Origin: Mobula hypostoma
Taxonomy: Eukaryota
Direction of reading: 5' to 3'
Length of the DNA: 64,000 nt
Assembly: GCF_963921235.1 (NCBI RefSeq)
Contig: NC_086097.1
Location: forward strand, 60,018,001-60,082,000
In this document: piece after piece, positions 63,261 through 64,000 of the stretch
Position numbering within the stretch: position 1 is the first letter of the stretch
Layout: every line of letters begins with the position of its first letter
Position numbers and translations under genes: made by a program
Notes under the pieces: generated by a model
What the model saw: the letters and a program-made list of their open reading frames with translations, nothing else
Database searches by the model: none
What the model was told of the DNA's origin: nothing

Positions 63261-64000
63261 GATGCCTGGATCACCTACCCTTAACTTTCAATGCCAATAT
63301 ATAAACACTATGATTAAACAGTAGCACTCTTGGTAACAATGAAAAACAACAATTATGTCTAATTTCGTTTATACTTTTTGCCACCTCTTTAAGTGAACTG
63401 CTGTCTGATCTAGGTTGTGAAGCTGTCTGATCAGCAGCATGCAATTTTTGACAATGGCTATTGACACTAATCTCCCCTTCCCTTCCGGCTATGTGGCACC
63501 ACCAACTCCAGCTAATTGCATTGTGTCAAACATTATTAATCCACCACCTAATAAAATCACTGGATAAACCTGTCATCTTACTTGTTGAAACACATTGGAG
63601 CACGTGCTTTGTGTTTGCCTGAAATATAAGATCATGTGCTCCAGATTTCAAATGCTACATGTAGATTAACATGTGCACCATGAAAATAATTATTCTGATT
63701 ACATTCAGTGTCCTGTGAGTAGTTCTTTACGTGTGGGCAAGCATGATGTTACATTCTCTTGCAGGACACTTTTCATATTACATTACAACCTGCGGAATTA
63801 CGTTACTAATTACTCTGTCTATATCCTTTCATAAAATATACATCTTGTAGATTTGTATTACCACCAGGCTTCCTGATCAATAAGCATAAAAAGATCTAAT
63901 ATAATATGGAAATACCTTTTTTCATATATTTCCATTGGATAACTAAATGATAATAGATGGGTTTCATTGCTTCAGATCTTCACCTCAAATAAATTTCATT

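Noticed and set aside
63735..63810. Splice-acceptor-like 'ttctcttgcag' as a host exon
   Set aside because: The following frames are short, unrecognisable and lack a clear donor.

Overview
Eukaryotic, repeat-dense, gene-free (intronic or intergenic) vertebrate DNA. The repeat repertoire (CR1 LINEs, Rex1/Babar LINEs with (ATTCTG)n tails, Penelope-like elements, V- and Deu-domain SINEs) suggests a cartilaginous fish; this is inference. No host exon, tRNA or rRNA could be supported. Nearly all long ORFs are transposon remnants or their antisense shadows. Main contents: (1) a complete DD34E Tc1 with long IR/DR-type TIRs (3992-5594); (2) a very young 5'-truncated CR1 (9554-11688); (3) a TSD-flanked 5.07-kb Gmr1-like LTR element with SCAN-gag and protease followed by a still-open patchwork of catalytically dead IN/RT/RNase H remnants (12815-17885); (4) a Penelope-like element plus several dispersed Penelope tails carrying a minimal hammerhead ribozyme motif, intact at 57114-57151 and present as two ~90-bp TSD-flanked inserts; (5) a rearranged chromovirus; (6) an L1-type LINE with twin-priming geometry; (7) near-full-length CR1 and Rex1 copies; (8) an interleaved inverted duplication near 60 kb. 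Boundaries of old repeats are approximate and all comparisons were made by eye.
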